Shown here piece after piece: positions 41,203 to 51,924 of a stretch of 64,000 nt of DNA. Positions within the stretch are counted from its first letter, which is position 1. Every line of letters starts with the position of its first letter. The DNA is taken from assembly GCA_964005815.1 (NCBI GenBank), contig CAXFSR010000009.1, forward strand, positions 1 to 64,000. Reading direction: 5' to 3'. The notes beneath the pieces are model-generated. The model had not been told where the DNA came from. It searched no databases and was given only the letters and a program-made list of their open reading frames with translations. This DNA is from an uncultured Nitrospinaceae bacterium. Lineage in GTDB: Bacteria > UBA8248. Made by a program: the position numbers and the translations under genes.

Positions 41203-42039
41203 TTGCTTTCTTCAGGAAGAATAGAATCATGTATGTCTCAGTTGAGAGAAAACAATAGATCTGGTTTGTTCCCTTTTGTGACTGCAGGAGATCCAGATTT
41301 AAGTTTTACTAAATCTTTAATTAAATCTTTAGCTTCTTCGGGTGCAGATGGAATCGAAATTGGAGTCCCATTTAGTGATCCACTTGCAGATGGACCAACA
41401 ATTCAGAGAGCAAGCATGAGAGCATTAGAAGGAGGTACGAATCTCAAGTCAGTAATAAAAATGATTTCGGAAATTAGAGAAGATTTGAAAAATTTACCTC
41501 TTGTTATTATGACTTATTATAATCCGATTGTAGCCATGGGAATAGATGTTTTTGTTAAGGAATGTTCCTTGGCGGGTGTAGACGCAGTTATCGTTCCGGA
41601 TTTGCCACCTGAGGAAAGTATGCTTCTACTAAAATCTATGGAAGAATATCCTTTAGAACTTGTTTTCATGTTGGCACCTACGAGTACAGAAGAAAGAATA
41701 TCTCTAGTTAATAAGTTCGGTGGTGGCTTTATATACTACGTTGCCCAGATGGGAGTCACCGGTGCAAGAGAGTCTTTAGACAAAGATCTCAATGTTTCTC
41801 TTGAAAAAATTAATGAAGAAAAAAAAATGCCTGTTCTAGTCGGTTTTGGAATAAAAACTCCAGAACAAGCAGCTAAAGTGTCTCAATATGCAGAAGGTAT
41901 TATAGTGGGAAGTGCTCTAATTGATGTGATTGAACAAAATTCTCAAAGAGAGGATAAATTAGAAGCGGCAGCCAAATATATAGCGTCACTTAAAGAAGCT
42001 ATGGAGAATTCTTCTTCGGAAGAAAATAAAAGAGGTTAG
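41203..42039 (+). CDS. trpA: Tryptophan synthase alpha subunit
   Basis: [32 protein letters not shown]. Confidence 0.95.
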   Translation: MLSSGRIESCMSQLRENNRSGLFPFVTAGDPDLSFTKSLIKSLASSGADGIEIGVPFSDPLADGPTIQRASMRALEGGTNLKSVIKMISEIREDLKNLPLVIMTYYNPIVAMGIDVFVKECSLAGVDAVIVPDLPPEESMLLLKSMEEYPLELVFMLAPTSTEERISLVNKFGGGFIYYVAQMGVTGARESLDKDLNVSLEKINEEKKMPVLVGFGIKTPEQAAKVSQYAEGIIVGSALIDVIEQNSQREDKLEAAAKYIASLKEAMENSSSEENKRG

Positions 42040-42041
42040 AC

Positions 42042-43442
42042 ATGTCTGAAAGAACTTTATACGACAAAGTTTGGGATAAACACACCGTATCTAAGCTTGA
42101 ATCTGGTCAAGATCAACTTTTTATAGGTCTACATCTGATTCATGAAGTGACTACTCCTCAGGCTTTCTCAATGTTAGAGGAATTAGATTCTGAAGTTGCA
42201 TTTCCTGAGAGGACGGTTGCTACGGTTGATCACATAATCCCTACTCTATCGTTGCTTCGTCCATTAGAAGATCAGCAAGCGGAATTAATGATGGCTTCAC
42301 TTGAACAAAATGTAGAAAAGTATGGCATACGTTTTTTAAATAAGAATTCTCAAATGCAAGGAATTGTTCACGTAATAGGACCAGAGTTGGGATTGAGTCA
42401 GCCTGGGATGACAATTGCTTGCGGAGATAGCCATACAAGTACTCATGGTGCAATGGGAGCTTTAGGATTTGGAATAGGAACAACAGAAGTAGGTCATGTA
42501 TTAGCTTCTCAAACTCTTTCACTTAATAGATTAAAAGTTCGTCGTATTGAAGTTAACGGTGATTTGCAAGAAGGCGTTTTACCTAAAGATGTTATTTTAA
42601 GAATTATTCATGATCTTGGAATTAAAGGTGGAATTGGACACGCTTATGAATATGCAGGTTCAGTTTTTGATGATATGGACATGGAAGGGAGAATGACAGT
42701 TTGTAATATGAGTATAGAGGGTGGTGCAAGAATTGGTTATGTAAATCCTGACAAGATTACTTTTGATTATTTGTCTGGCAGGGAATTTGCGCCTAAAGGT
42801 GATGATTTTAAAAGAGCACAAATTTATTGGGAGTCGATAGCTTCAGATGCCGATGCAAAATATGATGATACTTTTGAAATTGTAGCTGATTCCATTCAAC
42901 CGATGGTTACTTGGGGTATCAATCCTGGACAATCTATAGGCTTATCTGACTCGTTGCCAGAACCGTCAGTTTTTTCTGGAGAAGATATTAAGACTGCTGA
43001 AAAAGGTTTTGAATTTATGGGATTAAAACCTGGGACTCCGATACGCGATACGAAAATAGACGTTGCATTTCTTGGTTCTTGTACTAATTCACGGATTTCG
43101 GATTTAAGAGAAGGTGCTCGAATTATATCTGGACGAAAAGTCAATTCAAAAGTGCGTATGTTAGTAGTTCCTGGCTCTCAAAAAGTAAAAAAACAGGCTG
43201 AGGAAGAAGGGTTAGACAAAATTTTTGAAGAAGCGGGTGCGGAATGGAGAGAGGCAGGATGTTCAATGTGTCTTGGAATGAATCCAGATAAACTTGTTGG
43301 TGCTGAAAGAAGTATTTCTTCCTCTAATAGAAATTTTATAGGTAGACAAGGAAGTCCTAGAGGTAGGACACATTTGGCTAGTCCTGCGATTGTTACAGCG
43401 TCTGCAATAGAGGGACGTATTGCAGATCCAAGAGAGTTTTAA
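42042..43442 (+). CDS. leuC: 3-isopropylmalate dehydratase large subunit
   Basis: [40 protein letters not shown]. Confidence 0.95.
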   Translation: MSERTLYDKVWDKHTVSKLESGQDQLFIGLHLIHEVTTPQAFSMLEELDSEVAFPERTVATVDHIIPTLSLLRPLEDQQAELMMASLEQNVEKYGIRFLNKNSQMQGIVHVIGPELGLSQPGMTIACGDSHTSTHGAMGALGFGIGTTEVGHVLASQTLSLNRLKVRRIEVNGDLQEGVLPKDVILRIIHDLGIKGGIGHAYEYAGSVFDDMDMEGRMTVCNMSIEGGARIGYVNPDKITFDYLSGREFAPKGDDFKRAQIYWESIASDADAKYDDTFEIVADSIQPMVTWGINPGQSIGLSDSLPEPSVFSGEDIKTAEKGFEFMGLKPGTPIRDTKIDVAFLGSCTNSRISDLREGARIISGRKVNSKVRMLVVPGSQKVKKQAEEEGLDKIFEEAGAEWREAGCSMCLGMNPDKLVGAERSISSSNRNFIGRQGSPRGRTHLASPAIVTASAIEGRIADPREF

Positions 43443-43453
43443 GGAGTAATGAA

Positions 43454-44050
43454 ATGTCTGCAGAAAAAATAATCAAGATTACAGGTCGCGGAATTCCTCT
43501 TCCTGGAGACGATATAGATACAGATAGAATTACCCCTGCTAGATTTCTTAAAGCAATAACTTTTGATGGAATCGAGAAAGCCCTTTTTTGTGATGAAAGA
43601 GAAAACACTCCAGATCATCCAATTGATGATCCCGCATATAAAGGCGGAAAAATTATGTTTGTTGGTAAGAATTTTGGTTCTGGTTCGTCTAGAGAACATG
43701 CTCCCCAAGCGTTAAAAAGATTTGGGATTGATGCGCTCGTAGGCGTTTCTTTTGCAGAAATATTTGCTGGAAACTGTTTTGCGATAGGAGTTCCAGTAGT
43801 TACAGTTGATCCACAGGGTTTGCAAAATTTAATAAGTCAGACTCAAGAGAATCCAAAAATTTTATATGAATTGAATATAGATAAAAAAGAACTTTTTTAT
43901 GGAGAGTTAAGTATACCTATTGAAATTCAGGAAAATCAAAGAAGTGCTTTCTTAAATGGAAGTTGGAATATGCTCCAGAATTTAATTGGAAATCTCTCTA
44001 AAGTTAAGGAAATAGCTAGGGAGTTACCGTATTGTAATGATTTTAAATAA
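43454..44050 (+). CDS. leuD: 3-isopropylmalate dehydratase small subunit
   Basis: DIDTDRITPARFL, NFGSGSSREHA, SFAEIF. Confidence 0.95.
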   Translation: MSAEKIIKITGRGIPLPGDDIDTDRITPARFLKAITFDGIEKALFCDERENTPDHPIDDPAYKGGKIMFVGKNFGSGSSREHAPQALKRFGIDALVGVSFAEIFAGNCFAIGVPVVTVDPQGLQNLISQTQENPKILYELNIDKKELFYGELSIPIEIQENQRSAFLNGSWNMLQNLIGNLSKVKEIARELPYCNDFK

Positions 44051-44087
44051 ATTTCAATAATTTAGTATAGAAAGGCTGGTTCATAAG

Positions 44088-45170
44088 TTGAAAGAATTCA
44101 ATATTGCTTTGTTGCCTGGAGATGGTGTTGGAGAAGAAGTTGCACGTGTGGCAAGTTCAATTCTCCAGAGTGCAGGAAAAAAATTTGAAGTAATTTTTAA
44201 TTTCAAAGAAGCTTTATGTGGTGGTGCTGCAATAGATTCTGTAGGTCAACCACTGCCTGACGAAACTTTGGAACTATGTAAAAATTCTGACGCAGTGTTA
44301 TTCGGTGCTGTTGGTGGTCCTAAATGGGATGACTTGGAAAGAGAAAGGCGTCCCGAGCAGGCAATTCTTGGTCTTCGAAAAGGACTTGACCTTTATGCCA
44401 ATCTCAGACCTGCTGTTATGTTTGATTCTCTTGTAGATTCTTCTTCTTTGAAACCAGAAATTGTTCGCGGATTAGATCTTCTTGTTTTGCGTGAAGGAGT
44501 TAGTGGAATTTATTTTGGAAAACCACAACATATTGAAGATGTTTCTCCTGATGAACAAAGAGCTGTAGATACAATGGTGTACCATTCTTCTGAAATTAGA
44601 AGAATAGTAAAACTTGGTTTTGAACTTGCTGCAGTGAGAAAAAAGAAGCTTTGCTCTGTGGATAAAGAAAACGTTTTATATAATAGTAGATTATGGAGGA
44701 AAGTTGCTATAGAAGTAGGAGAAGATTTTCCTAATATAGAATTGTCTCATATGTATGTTGATAATGCTTCGATGCAATTAATAAGAAATCCACTTCAATT
44801 TGATGTTGTCGTTACTGGTAATATGTTTGGAGATATCCTGAGTGATGCTGCTTCTATGTTAACTGGTTCAATAGGGATGCTTGCATCTGCAAATTTGGGA
44901 GATGGAGGTTTTGGTATGTTTGAACCTGTTCATGGAACTGCTCCTGATATTGCTGGACAAGACAAAGCAAATCCAGTTGCGGCAATTATGTCAACTGCTA
45001 TGCTTTGTCGATACGCATTAAAGCTTCCAGAAGTAGCAGAAGTGATAGAAAATGCGGTTTCTGAAGCTTTAAGAGAAGGTTACAGAACTATCGATATTCA
45101 TACTCCTGGTTCAAAGAAAATTTCATGTTCTGACATGGGTTCTGTAATTTTAGAGCGCGTGGGGGAATGA
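44088..45170 (+). CDS. leuB: 3-isopropylmalate dehydrogenase
   Basis: LPGDGVG, GAVGGPKWD, NLRP, NMFGDILSD, EPVHGTAPDIAG. Confidence 0.95.
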   Translation: MKEFNIALLPGDGVGEEVARVASSILQSAGKKFEVIFNFKEALCGGAAIDSVGQPLPDETLELCKNSDAVLFGAVGGPKWDDLERERRPEQAILGLRKGLDLYANLRPAVMFDSLVDSSSLKPEIVRGLDLLVLREGVSGIYFGKPQHIEDVSPDEQRAVDTMVYHSSEIRRIVKLGFELAAVRKKKLCSVDKENVLYNSRLWRKVAIEVGEDFPNIELSHMYVDNASMQLIRNPLQFDVVVTGNMFGDILSDAASMLTGSIGMLASANLGDGGFGMFEPVHGTAPDIAGQDKANPVAAIMSTAMLCRYALKLPEVAEVIENAVSEALREGYRTIDIHTPGSKKISCSDMGSVILERVGE

Positions 45171-46192
45171 AAATGTCTGGTTTGAAAGTTGCAGTTGTTG
45201 GTGCAACTGGAGCAGTTGGAAATGAGATGATCCGTATTTTGGAAGAGAGGGATTTTCCAGTTGATCAACTACATCTTTATGCCAGTCAGAGAAGTGAAGG
45301 TAAAAAGTTAGAATTTCATGGTAGTAAAATAACAGTAAAGAAATTAGACAACGATTCTTTTAAGGACATAGACGTTGCTCTTTTTTCTGCTGGTGCAAGT
45401 AGGTCACTTGAATTTGCGCAGATTGCGGTGCAATCTGGCGCTATAGTAATAGATAATTCAAGTGCTTTTCGTATGGAATCAAATGTCCCTTTGGTTGTGC
45501 CTGAGGTTAATTCTCATTGTCTGAATTCAAAAAGTAGAATTATAGCAAATCCAAATTGTTCTACAATACAACTCGTTGTTGTACTTAATCCGCTTAACAA
45601 GATTTCGCGAATTAAACGAATTGTTGTGAGTACATATCAGGCAGTAAGTGGCGCTGGACAGAAGGCAATTGATGAACTTAATTTGCAAGTAAAAGCTAAA
45701 ACCAAGTCTGAGGAATCTCTCCCTGAAAATTTCCCGCATCAGATAGCTTTTAATTGTCTTCCTCAGATAGATGTTTTTTTAGAAGGAGGAAATACTAAAG
45801 AAGAGTTGAAAATGATTAATGAAACTCGCAAAATTTTAGAGTCTGATAATCTCCCGCTAAGTGCTACCTGTGTCCGAGTCCCAGTTTATAATTCGCATTC
45901 TGAATCGGTAAATATTGAATTTTATGAAGATATGAATTCTAAAAAAGCAAGAGAGATACTCAATAGGTCAGAGGGGATAGAGGTTCTTGATGACATTAAA
46001 AAATCAGTTTATCCCATGCCAATTGATATCTCTGGTAAAGATGATGTTTATGTTGGAAGAATAAGAGATGATGATTCTCTTTTAAACACAATTAACCTCT
46101 GGGTTGTTTCAGATAATCTTCGTAAAGGTGCTGCACTAAATGCAGTTCAAATCGCTGAATGTCTTTTGGGAAAAAATATTTTAGAAGTTTGA
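45167..46192 (+). CDS. asd: Aspartate-semialdehyde dehydrogenase
   Basis: VGATGAVG, DNSSAFR, ANPNCST, YQAVSGAG, DNLRKGAA. Confidence 0.95.
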   Translation: MKMSGLKVAVVGATGAVGNEMIRILEERDFPVDQLHLYASQRSEGKKLEFHGSKITVKKLDNDSFKDIDVALFSAGASRSLEFAQIAVQSGAIVIDNSSAFRMESNVPLVVPEVNSHCLNSKSRIIANPNCSTIQLVVVLNPLNKISRIKRIVVSTYQAVSGAGQKAIDELNLQVKAKTKSEESLPENFPHQIAFNCLPQIDVFLEGGNTKEELKMINETRKILESDNLPLSATCVRVPVYNSHSESVNIEFYEDMNSKKAREILNRSEGIEVLDDIKKSVYPMPIDISGKDDVYVGRIRDDDSLLNTINLWVVSDNLRKGAALNAVQIAECLLGKNILEV

Positions 46193-46198
46193 TCTTTA

Positions 46199-47068
46199 AT
46201 GGAGGAAGTTTTGAGCGAAGTTCTTATAGGTGTCATAGGTGGAAGTGGTTTGTATGAAATGAAAGAACTTGAGGATATAGAAGAAGTTGTAATTGATACC
46301 CCATTTGGTTCTCCATCAGCACCCTTTATTGTTGGCACACTCTCTGGAAAAAAAGTTGCTTTTTTGCCTCGTCATGGTATTGGGCATGTGCTCATGCCAA
46401 GTGAAATTCCATTCCTTGCAAATATATATGGATTTCGAAAATTAGGTTGCGAGTGGATTATTTCAGTTAGTGCTGTAGGAAGCATGAAGGAGGAAATTCA
46501 TCCTGGACATATTGTTATACCAGATCAGTTTATTGATCTTACCACGAAAAGAAGAAGTACTTTTTTTGGGGATGGCTTAGTAGCCCATGTTTCTATGGCA
46601 GATCCAGTTTGTTCAAAACTTTCGACTATACTTGAAAATGCTGCCAAGGAATCAGGTGCGATTGTACATAGAGGTGGAACGTATGTTTGTATGGAAGGTC
46701 CGCAATTTAGCAGTCGATCGGAAAGTTATCGTTATCGTGATTGGGGTGCTTCGATTATAGGAATGACTAATATGCCTGAAGCTAAGCTTGCGCGCGAGGC
46801 AGAGATGAGTTATGCAACGATTGCACTTTCTACCGATTATGATTGTTGGCATGAAGAAGAAGAAGATGTAGATGTGGAATCTGTTATTGCTCTAGTTAAG
46901 AGGAACGCAGAACTGGCAAGGACAATTATTACGAGATCTGTTTCTCAAATACAGGGAAAGAGTCCATTCTCTGAAATTTTAAAAACATCGATTATTTCGG
47001 ATCTTAGTTCTATCTCAAAAGAAACTCTTAGTCGCCTCGAACTTCTTGTAGGAAAATATATAAATTGA
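46199..47068 (+). CDS. mtnP: S-methyl-5'-thioadenosine phosphorylase
   Basis: IGVIGGSG, TPFG, PRHG, EGPQFS, GMTNMPEAKLARE, TDYDCW. Confidence 0.9.
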   Translation: MEEVLSEVLIGVIGGSGLYEMKELEDIEEVVIDTPFGSPSAPFIVGTLSGKKVAFLPRHGIGHVLMPSEIPFLANIYGFRKLGCEWIISVSAVGSMKEEIHPGHIVIPDQFIDLTTKRRSTFFGDGLVAHVSMADPVCSKLSTILENAAKESGAIVHRGGTYVCMEGPQFSSRSESYRYRDWGASIIGMTNMPEAKLAREAEMSYATIALSTDYDCWHEEEEDVDVESVIALVKRNAELARTIITRSVSQIQGKSPFSEILKTSIISDLSSISKETLSRLELLVGKYIN

Positions 47069-48354
47069 CTCAAAATAAAATGTCTAAGAAATTCTTTTCA
47101 CTTGCTCAGAAGAGAATTCCGGGTGGAGTCGATAGTCCCGTTCGTGCTTTTAAAGGTGTAGGAGGAACACCATTTTTTGTCGAGCGCGGGAAGGGGTCTC
47201 ATATTTGGGATGTCGATGGAAACGAATTTATTGATTATGTCCTGTCTTGGGGGCCGTTAATTTTAGGTCATGCTCATCCAAGAATTGTTTCTATTATTAA
47301 AGAAACGACAGAATCCGGCACAAGCTTTGGTGCACCTACAGTTCTTGAGACTACTCTGGCAGAATTAGTACAAAATTCTTTTCCATCTATGGAACTTATC
47401 CGATTTGTTAATTCTGGGACTGAAGCGACAATGTCTTCGATTAGGCTCGCAAGGGGATTTACAGGACGAGACGCAATTCTGAAATTTGACGGGTGTTATC
47501 ATGGTCACTCAGATGGTCTTCTTGTAAAAACTGGGAGCGGGGGAGCGACATTTAGTGTCCCCGATAGTGAAGGAGTTCCAACCGATTATGCTAGAAATAC
47601 TTTTTCACTTCCATATAACGATATGAACGCGGTTGAGGAATTTTTTGCTGTTCACGGAGAAAAAATTGCCTGTATTATCATTGAACCAATTGCAGGAAAT
47701 ATGGGATTGATTGTCCCCGAAAAAGATTTTTTAGAATCACTACGTTCCCTTTCCACTGAGTATGGCGCTCTTCTCATATTTGATGAAGTTATGTCTGGTT
47801 TTAGAGTTGCTAAAGGTGGTGCACAGGAGTTGTTCGGGATTGAGCCAGATTTAACAACACTAGGAAAGGTAATTGGAGGAGGACTACCCGTTGCTGCATA
47901 TGGCGGAAAAAAAGAAATTATGGAAAAAGTAGCTCCACTAGGCGGAGTTTATCAGGCAGGAACACTTTCGGGGAATCCGCTTGCAATGTCTGCGGGAATT
48001 GAAACGATTAAAGTTATGAATGAATTTAATCTTCCTCAAATTCTTTCAAGTAAGACCGAATATCTGATTGAAGGTCTTTTAGAATTATCAAGAATAAATA
48101 ATATTCCAATGACTGCTTGTTGCTGTGGTTCTATGTTTGGATTCTATTTCCAGGAAGGTACCGTGAAGAATTTTACGGATGCTTTGCGGTCGGATTTAAA
48201 ATTATATTCTCGTTTTTTTCATGGTATGCTTGATGAAGGTGTGGCTTTTGCACCTAGCCAATTTGAGGTAGGATTTATGTCAGTAACTCATGAAAAATCA
48301 GACCTAGACTTCACACTTAATGCCGCCTCGAAAGTGATGAAAAAAATTGGATAA
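47065..48354 (+). CDS. hemL: Glutamate-1-semialdehyde 2,1-aminomutase
   Basis: PGGVDSPVRAF, SWGPLILGH, NSGTEATM, YHGHSD, DEVMSGFR, GKVIGGG, GTLSGNP. Confidence 0.94.
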   Translation: MTQNKMSKKFFSLAQKRIPGGVDSPVRAFKGVGGTPFFVERGKGSHIWDVDGNEFIDYVLSWGPLILGHAHPRIVSIIKETTESGTSFGAPTVLETTLAELVQNSFPSMELIRFVNSGTEATMSSIRLARGFTGRDAILKFDGCYHGHSDGLLVKTGSGGATFSVPDSEGVPTDYARNTFSLPYNDMNAVEEFFAVHGEKIACIIIEPIAGNMGLIVPEKDFLESLRSLSTEYGALLIFDEVMSGFRVAKGGAQELFGIEPDLTTLGKVIGGGLPVAAYGGKKEIMEKVAPLGGVYQAGTLSGNPLAMSAGIETIKVMNEFNLPQILSSKTEYLIEGLLELSRINNIPMTACCCGSMFGFYFQEGTVKNFTDALRSDLKLYSRFFHGMLDEGVAFAPSQFEVGFMSVTHEKSDLDFTLNAASKVMKKIG

Positions 48355-48380
48355 TTTTTTTCATCTTAGAGATTTTAATT

Positions 48381-48713
48381 TTGAGAAATTTTTTCAGAGA
48401 GTTTAATTCATCTTTGAGTTTTATCATCTGTTGGTTTTTAATTGTCATTAGCGTTCTTGTTTTTGTGAATGCTTTTTTTGGACGTAACGGTCTTTTTTCA
48501 CTTTTCCAAGATCAGGAAAAATTTCATAAACTAAAAAAGGAAGTTGTTAAACTTGAATTGACGAATGAAAAGTTAAAGTCTGAGATTTTCTCCCTTAAAA
48601 ATAACTTCAAAGTTGTAGAGAAAATTGCAAGAGAAAATTTAGGTTTAGTGAAGCCAGGAGATACAGTTTTTGAATTTCTTTCTTCAGAAAAATATAAATT
48701 AATGAATGAATAA
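48381..48713 (+). CDS. ftsB: Septum formation initiator (FtsB/DivIC family)
   Basis: One TM helix, FGRNG, coiled coil, EKIARENLGLVKPGD. Confidence 0.8.
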   Translation: MRNFFREFNSSLSFIICWFLIVISVLVFVNAFFGRNGLFSLFQDQEKFHKLKKEVVKLELTNEKLKSEIFSLKNNFKVVEKIARENLGLVKPGDTVFEFLSSEKYKLMNE

Positions 48714-48770
48714 GTTTATTCTTATTCTTCTAATTTAGAATAATTTGTGTTAGTTTGTTCCTCTCTCCGA

Positions 48771-48847
<77 letters not shown>

Positions 48848-48880
48848 ATTTTTTTATTTTTTTATAGGAAATCTTTTTTC

Positions 48881-50026
48881 TTAAGTTGTTTTTTTGAAAA
48901 ATTCACTTATGACCTGCATTCCCTTTTTGATTGTTTCTTCACTAACGGAATAGGTAAGTCTAACATGATTTTCTCCAGATTTTCCGAATTCAGTTCCACT
49001 TCGGATTGCTACGCCAGCATCCCAAAGCTTTTTCCTTAGATTTGATGCGAGTATTGGTAAAGTATAACGGCAGTAAAGATAAAAACCTCCTTGAGGTTCT
49101 AGGGGTATAAGTCCAGAAATATTTTTTGCAAGTTCATACATTAACTTTCCTCGTTTTTCATACTCTTTTTTCATTTCAGAAACGCAGTCTTGTGGTCCGC
49201 GAAGGGCAGCCGCACCTGCTCTCTGTACAAAAGAACAAATTGGACCAGTAATTGACCGATGGACACCAAAAATTACACTATTCATATCTTCTGGTACTAC
49301 CATATTCCCGAGTCTCCATCCGGTCATAGAGTAAGTTTTAGAGAATGTATCCAGTAGTATTAAATTATTTTTATGTTCTTTGAAACTTAATAATGGAATA
49401 TGTTTAAAACCTGGTTGTAAGATTTTAGCATAAGCTTCATCTGAGACCAGAATGATATTATTTTCTGAACATAATTCGGTAAGTGATTGCAGTTCTTTCT
49501 GAGTATAAACTAATCCTGTCGGGTTATTCGGATTACAAATGAGTAATAATTTGGTTTTATCTGTAATAGCATCTCTAATAGCCTGTAAGTCTAAATGGTA
49601 ATCAGGACCATGAGGTACGTTGACTGGTGTTCCTCCTATCTGTTTAGCAACGTGAGAATAAAGAGAAAACGTCGGATCCATTAGGATAACTTCATCTCCT
49701 TTTCCGAGAAATGCAGTCATGATTGTATAGATTCCAGAACTTCCTCCATTAGTTGCAATTACTGAATCAGTTGAGTAGTTTGATTTACATTCTCTTTCAA
49801 TGTTTTCGCAGACTGCTTGAAGAAATTCTGGATCACCCTGTCCTGGAGCATAATGAGTAAGGCCATCATCAAGTGCTTTTTTTGCAGCGTCACAAATGTG
49901 GTCTGGTGTCGGGAAAGATGGTGTCCCAGAATCAAGTTGGATCATCCCTTTTGGACGTTTCAAAGTCATGTGATTTGCCCGTTCTCCTCCCATAGTTTGA
50001 AGAACGTTTTCAGAGTAATTTCTCAT
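48881..50026 (-). CDS. PLP-dependent aminotransferase class I/II
   Basis: CNPNNPTG, SDEAY, FSKTYSMTGWRLG, HVRLTY. Confidence 0.9.
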   Translation of the reverse strand: MRNYSENVLQTMGGERANHMTLKRPKGMIQLDSGTPSFPTPDHICDAAKKALDDGLTHYAPGQGDPEFLQAVCENIERECKSNYSTDSVIATNGGSSGIYTIMTAFLGKGDEVILMDPTFSLYSHVAKQIGGTPVNVPHGPDYHLDLQAIRDAITDKTKLLLICNPNNPTGLVYTQKELQSLTELCSENNIILVSDEAYAKILQPGFKHIPLLSFKEHKNNLILLDTFSKTYSMTGWRLGNMVVPEDMNSVIFGVHRSITGPICSFVQRAGAAALRGPQDCVSEMKKEYEKRGKLMYELAKNISGLIPLEPQGGFYLYCRYTLPILASNLRKKLWDAGVAIRSGTEFGKSGENHVRLTYSVSEETIKKGMQVISEFFKKTT

Positions 50027-50057
50027 TTTAGACCCTGTTTTTTTATGGAATCCTGCA

Positions 50058-50828
50058 TTAAGCTTGAGCAGCTACAAGACCTTTTCTAATTTTTGGTAAG
50101 GTCTGTTCTATATTTTTTATTGGCAAACCATGAGTAGGAGCAATTACTTGAATCTTAAATTCTTCTATTACTTCTTCTAGCCTATCAACGTATATATTCA
50201 TATCTACATATTTGGTCCAAAAAAGTGCACGTTCTGCAAAAACAGCAGAAACGTCAATTAAATCTAGTGATTCGGCTTCCTCTGCAGTTTTTCCACAATG
50301 TCCATCCCAGTGATAATGACTGTAGGCAAAACCGTCTCCTGGAAATAAAACACGTTCTTTCATATCCACTCCCCATAGTGTAGTTCTCATGTCCCTTATT
50401 ACTGGTTCTACGACTACAAATTTCCTGTCTCCAAGATCTATCGAATCACCTATTTCCATGTGTCTAAGTTTTTTTAAATGTTCAGGAAATGCAAGATGAT
50501 AATCACTTGTATCCCCGCAAATTGTTTTTAAATCAGAAAATTCGTTAAGAAATCTTCCCAAACCACCAGAATGTGGTGTTTCTTGATGAGTTATAAAAAG
50601 ATGTTCTATCTTGTTTTTTTTCGGAAGTGCGATTTCTTTAATTTGTCGATTTATTTCAGAAAAATCGCCAGGGTGTCCTGTTTCAACTAGCAACGAACTT
50701 TTTGATCCAATAATTAGAAAAGCTGCGTTATAAGCATGGTAAACATTTCCTTGAAAGTGCTGTTCTAGACACTGTCCAAGCCAAAAGACTCCTGGAACTA
50801 TTTCTCTAGGTAGAGGATTTTTCATCAT
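50058..50828 (-). CDS. MBL-fold protein resembling the flavodiiron/ODP di-iron domain (variant ligands)
   Basis: EIVPGVFWL, LVETG, THQETPH, LFPGDGF, IAPTHG; no flavodoxin domain. Confidence 0.7.
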   Translation of the reverse strand: MMKNPLPREIVPGVFWLGQCLEQHFQGNVYHAYNAAFLIIGSKSSLLVETGHPGDFSEINRQIKEIALPKKNKIEHLFITHQETPHSGGLGRFLNEFSDLKTICGDTSDYHLAFPEHLKKLRHMEIGDSIDLGDRKFVVVEPVIRDMRTTLWGVDMKERVLFPGDGFAYSHYHWDGHCGKTAEEAESLDLIDVSAVFAERALFWTKYVDMNIYVDRLEEVIEEFKIQVIAPTHGLPIKNIEQTLPKIRKGLVAAQA

Positions 50829-50829
50829 T

Positions 50830-51693
50830 TTACCTTTCTATGTCTCTGTGGACATAAGAGGCATCAGTTCTTTCTCGGTCCAGTTCTTCTAGGATTTGCA
50901 TGAGTGTAGAAAATTCTTCATTCACCATTTTTTCCCCATTAATGATCGAACCATATCCCGGAGCAATTGTATGTATTTCAAAATTTTGAAAAATTTCATT
51001 AATATCGTTTCTTAAGGGTAAGGTATTTGCACCTTCAAGCCACCAGTAACGAGAATTTAGTAAAAACGATTTTGCAAAATTATAACTATCATGTCTATTG
51101 TTTTCTTCCATTATCCATGGACCTTCAATCTTTTTTTGGGAAAATTGAGTAAAAGAGTCTGATGTAAAAAGGGTTTTGGTTGTTTGATCATATACCCACC
51201 TAGTTGCTATGAGTTGGATAGGTGCTCTGAATGCGTCAACTATCCTTTCCCCCTCCCCAACTTCAATTTTTCCTGGAAATTTCAAAACTGTTGTAGGTAT
51301 AAGTTTAGCTTTTTTTGACTCAGTAGTTTCAAAATCTAACCAAAATGACATTTCTGGGACATGTGAATAGCATTGTATAACGTTAAATTCCTTCGCAATT
51401 GCCATTGCGTTTCCAACTGACATGAATTCATTAATCCTTAATGGGAAGATTGAGAGTGGAGTGTTAGGTTTTAAAATCTTAGAAAGTTGTTTGAGGATGA
51501 TATCCTCATGAGATGTATATCCAGTATCTAGAAGAAGTGCGCCACCTTTTTCATAAATGAGGAAAGAATTTGAGCATGAAAATCCTGATGTACTTGAAGG
51601 ATATGCGCTTACTTTTCCATCTAGCTCGAAGATATTTTGTAATGCATAGATTTTTCCATCAGAAAGCTCAGTAATATTTTGATAATGATTCAA
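50830..51693 (-). CDS. Degenerate MBL-fold protein, paralog-like partner of the adjacent gene
   Basis: SNSFLI, LLLDTG, WVYDQTTKTLFTSDSF, IAPGYG (His ligands absent). Confidence 0.65.
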   Translation of the reverse strand: MNHYQNITELSDGKIYALQNIFELDGKVSAYPSSTSGFSCSNSFLIYEKGGALLLDTGYTSHEDIILKQLSKILKPNTPLSIFPLRINEFMSVGNAMAIAKEFNVIQCYSHVPEMSFWLDFETTESKKAKLIPTTVLKFPGKIEVGEGERIVDAFRAPIQLIATRWVYDQTTKTLFTSDSFTQFSQKKIEGPWIMEENNRHDSYNFAKSFLLNSRYWWLEGANTLPLRNDINEIFQNFEIHTIAPGYGSIINGEKMVNEEFSTLMQILEELDRERTDASYVHRDIER

Positions 51694-51924
51694 AGTCCTA
51701 TCTTCCGGAGAAATTTGTATTTAAATAGGTTCAGTAAAGTGTTTAAATTAGAAGGAAACGTAAATATCTACAAAAGATTATACTATTTTTAAACAAGAAA
51801 AAATAATGATTAAAAGAACTGAGTTGTAACTTTATCTGTTCAAAGTATAATACATTAAACTTTAGAACCAGATTAAGACACTTTTAGTATTATCAGTGCG
51901 ACTTCTTCTAAAGGAGCATTTTTT

